Source of the DNA: an uncultured Chloroflexia bacterium
Lineage (GTDB): Bacteria > Chloroflexota > Limnocylindria > Limnocylindrales > CSP1-4
Length of the DNA stretch: 64,000 nt
Reading direction: 5' to 3'
Assembly: GCA_963768655.1 (NCBI GenBank)
Contig: CAVYIM010000004.1
Span: 416,001-480,000, forward strand
Part shown: positions 61,977 through 64,000 of the stretch, piece after piece
Numbering within the stretch: the first letter of the stretch is position 1
Layout of the letters: every line of letters begins with the position of its first letter
Notes under the pieces: generated by a model
Database searches by the model: none
What the model saw: the letters and a program-made list of their open reading frames with translations, nothing else
What the model was told of the DNA's origin: nothing
Made by a program: the position numbers and the translations under genes

Positions 61977-64000
61977 CTACTTGCCGGCCAGGGCTTCGCG
62001 GACCGCCCGCAAGAGAGTGCCCATGCCGTACGGCTTCGCCACGAATGGATATCCCGCGGCGAGCGTGCCGCGGTTTACGTTCATCTCCTCGCTGTAGCCG
62101 GAGGCGAACAGCTGGCGGGTCTCGGGTCGCGTGGACCGCAACGCCGAGGCGGTCTCGTGGCCGGTGAGGCCGGGCATTACCAGGTCGGAGAAGAGCAGGT
62201 CGATCCGCCCCGGGTACCGCCGCGCAAGCTCGACGGCCTCCTCGCCGCTGGCCGCCCGGAGCACCGTGTAGCCGTTTCGTTCCAGCAGCTGCGCGGCGAA
62301 GTTGAGCACGGCCGGTTCGTCTTCCACGACCAGCACCGTTTCGCGGCCCGGCTCCGCCTCGCCATCGGTCGCCGGCGTCGCCGCCTCCTCCGCTTCCGAT
62401 TCGATCGCCGGCAGCTCCACGCAGAAGGTCGAGCCCTGGCCCGGCGTCGAACTGACGCTCACGTGCCCGCCGGACGCGCCCACGATCCCGAACACTGTAG
62501 CGAGACCAAGGCCCGTGCCGCTGCCGGGGTTCTTCGTCGTAAAGAACGGCTCGAAGATGTGCTCGGCCGTGGCGGCATCGATGCCCACGCCGGTGTCGGA
62601 GATGCACATCCGAACGCAGTTTCCCGGCTGGACTTCGGGGCGTTCGGCCGCGTGTGCGCCGTCCAGCGTGGCGTTCTGTGTGGTGATGGTCAGCTTGCCG
62701 CCGCCCGGCATGGCGTCGCGGGCATTGGCGGCGAGGTTGACGATTACCTGCTCGAGCTGGCCCCGGTCGGCTCGCGTGCGCCAGAGCATCGGGTCCGCGG
62801 AGACCTCGAGGCGGATGTCGTCGCCGATGATCCGCTGCAGCATGGGGGCGACCTCGGCCACGACCCGGTTGAGGTCGAGGACGCGAGGTTGCAGGACCGC
62901 CCGGCGGCCGAAAGCGAGCAACTGGCGCGTCAGTGCGGTGGCCCGTTCGGCGGACCGGCGTATCTCGTCCAGATAGCCGGCCACCTCGCTGCCGGGCTCG
63001 GCTTCGGCCACGGCCAGCTCGGTGAACCCGTTGATCGCGGTCAGCAGATTGTTGAAGTCGTGAGCGACGCCGCCGGCGAGCCTGCCCACCGCCTCCATCT
63101 TCTGGGCCTGGCGGAGCTGTTCCTCGAGTTCCCTCTCGCGCGTGACGTTGCGCTCGACGGCGACGTAGTTGACGAGGGCGCCCGACGAATCCCGGACGGC
63201 CGTGACCGTGACCGCTTCGCGCAGGACCGAGCCGTCCTTGGTGAGGCTCGGTACCTCGCCGAACCACGTTCCCTCCCGGGTCACGGTGTCGAACACGGCG
63301 GCAATGAGTTCCGGGCGATCCGGAAGGCTTTGGAGGACTCGGTGATTCTTGCCCAGCACCTCATCGCGCGTGAAGCCCGTCTCCTTCTCGAAGGCGGGAT
63401 TGACGTACACGATCGAGCCTGCCGGGTCGGTGATGATGATCGATTCGGCGGACTGCTCGATGGCCTGGATTAGCCTGGCTCGCTCGCGGTCGGCCGCCTT
63501 TCGGACTCCGACGTCGCGGGCGGTTCCGAGCATCCAGCCCCTGGCGAACTGGCGGGCGTGAATCTCCAGCTCGACGATCGAGCCGTCTGGCCGGACCACA
63601 CGGCGCTCGAAGACCATCGGCTTGCCGGCCTCGAGGTCCGGCCGCACGAACGGCATCTCCGTCAGCTGGCCCGGGTCGACGTAGTCGAGCCAGAGCGTGC
63701 CTCGTAGCTCGTCGATCGGGCGGCCGAGGAATTCGGCCATCGCCGGGTTCGTGTCTACGATGCGCGCGTCCGCGTCGAGCAGCAGCACTCCGTCCGCAGT
63801 CTGCTCGACCAGGTTGCGGTAGCGTTCCTCGCTCGCCCGAAGCGCCTCCTCCGCCTCATGGCGTTTCGTAGTGTTGAACACCGTCGTGATCAGGTGCGGC
63901 ACGCCATCCAGATGGATCGGGTCGCTCGAGAGCAGGGCGTAAACGATCTCGCCGGCTCGATTGACCACACGGGCCTCGAGCTCACGCACCCGCCCATGCG
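61977..64000 (-). CDS. Multi-PAS hybrid histidine kinase/receiver (CckA-like), 5' partial
   Basis: PAS domains, [25 protein letters not shown], receiver SDLVMPG. Frame is open to the window end. Confidence 0.95.
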   Translation of the reverse strand, partial: HGRVRELEARVVNRAGEIVYALLSSDPIHLDGVPHLITTVFNTTKRHEAEEALRASEERYRNLVEQTADGVLLLDADARIVDTNPAMAEFLGRPIDELRGTLWLDYVDPGQLTEMPFVRPDLEAGKPMVFERRVVRPDGSIVELEIHARQFARGWMLGTARDVGVRKAADRERARLIQAIEQSAESIIITDPAGSIVYVNPAFEKETGFTRDEVLGKNHRVLQSLPDRPELIAAVFDTVTREGTWFGEVPSLTKDGSVLREAVTVTAVRDSSGALVNYVAVERNVTRERELEEQLRQAQKMEAVGRLAGGVAHDFNNLLTAINGFTELAVAEAEPGSEVAGYLDEIRRSAERATALTRQLLAFGRRAVLQPRVLDLNRVVAEVAPMLQRIIGDDIRLEVSADPMLWRTRADRGQLEQVIVNLAANARDAMPGGGKLTITTQNATLDGAHAAERPEVQPGNCVRMCISDTGVGIDAATAEHIFEPFFTTKNPGSGTGLGLATVFGIVGASGGHVSVSSTPGQGSTFCVELPAIESEAEEAATPATDGEAEPGRETVLVVEDEPAVLNFAAQLLERNGYTVLRAASGEEAVELARRYPGRIDLLFSDLVMPGLTGHETASALRSTRPETRQLFASGYSEEMNVNRGTLAAGYPFVAKPYGMGTLLRAVREALAGK

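Overview
Very GC-rich bacterial chromosomal window with about 57 genes and no rRNA, tRNA, CRISPR array, transposase or prophage. Gene content (F420-type LLM enzyme, Ni-SOD, Cys-rich LysM membrane protein, ECF/anti-sigma pairs, many leaderless genes) suggests a soil or sediment Chloroflexota, possibly Limnocylindria-like; this is an inference. Recognisable loci: pyrK-pyrD-pyrE; beta-CASP nuclease-GNAT-DsbA; ECF sigma plus Asp-box propeller partner; ACT-DUF5612-DUF3788-xth operon; MarR-ABC; LOG; GNAT-Rieske fusion; sodN-sodX divergent from a NOX-like ferric reductase plus FMN-binding protein; yitJ; DUF885; an alpha-glucan cluster (glgP, two GH57, GH13) divergent from glgA-nadB-nadC-nadA; dCMP deaminase; two tandem ABM-like paralogs; a large zincin-VWD-propeller surface protein; mgsA; a second ECF pair; TrxB-like, OSBS-like and GNAT enzymes; and a partial PAS hybrid kinase. 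Four genes carry +1 frameshifts that look like sequencing errors. Best novelty candidates: the GDPH/VWD metalloprotease, the archaeal-type DUF5612/ACT module, the Ni-SOD/NOX-like divergon, the GNAT-Rieske fusion and the duplicated double-ABM genes. All family calls come from recognising motifs by eye; no database searches were run.
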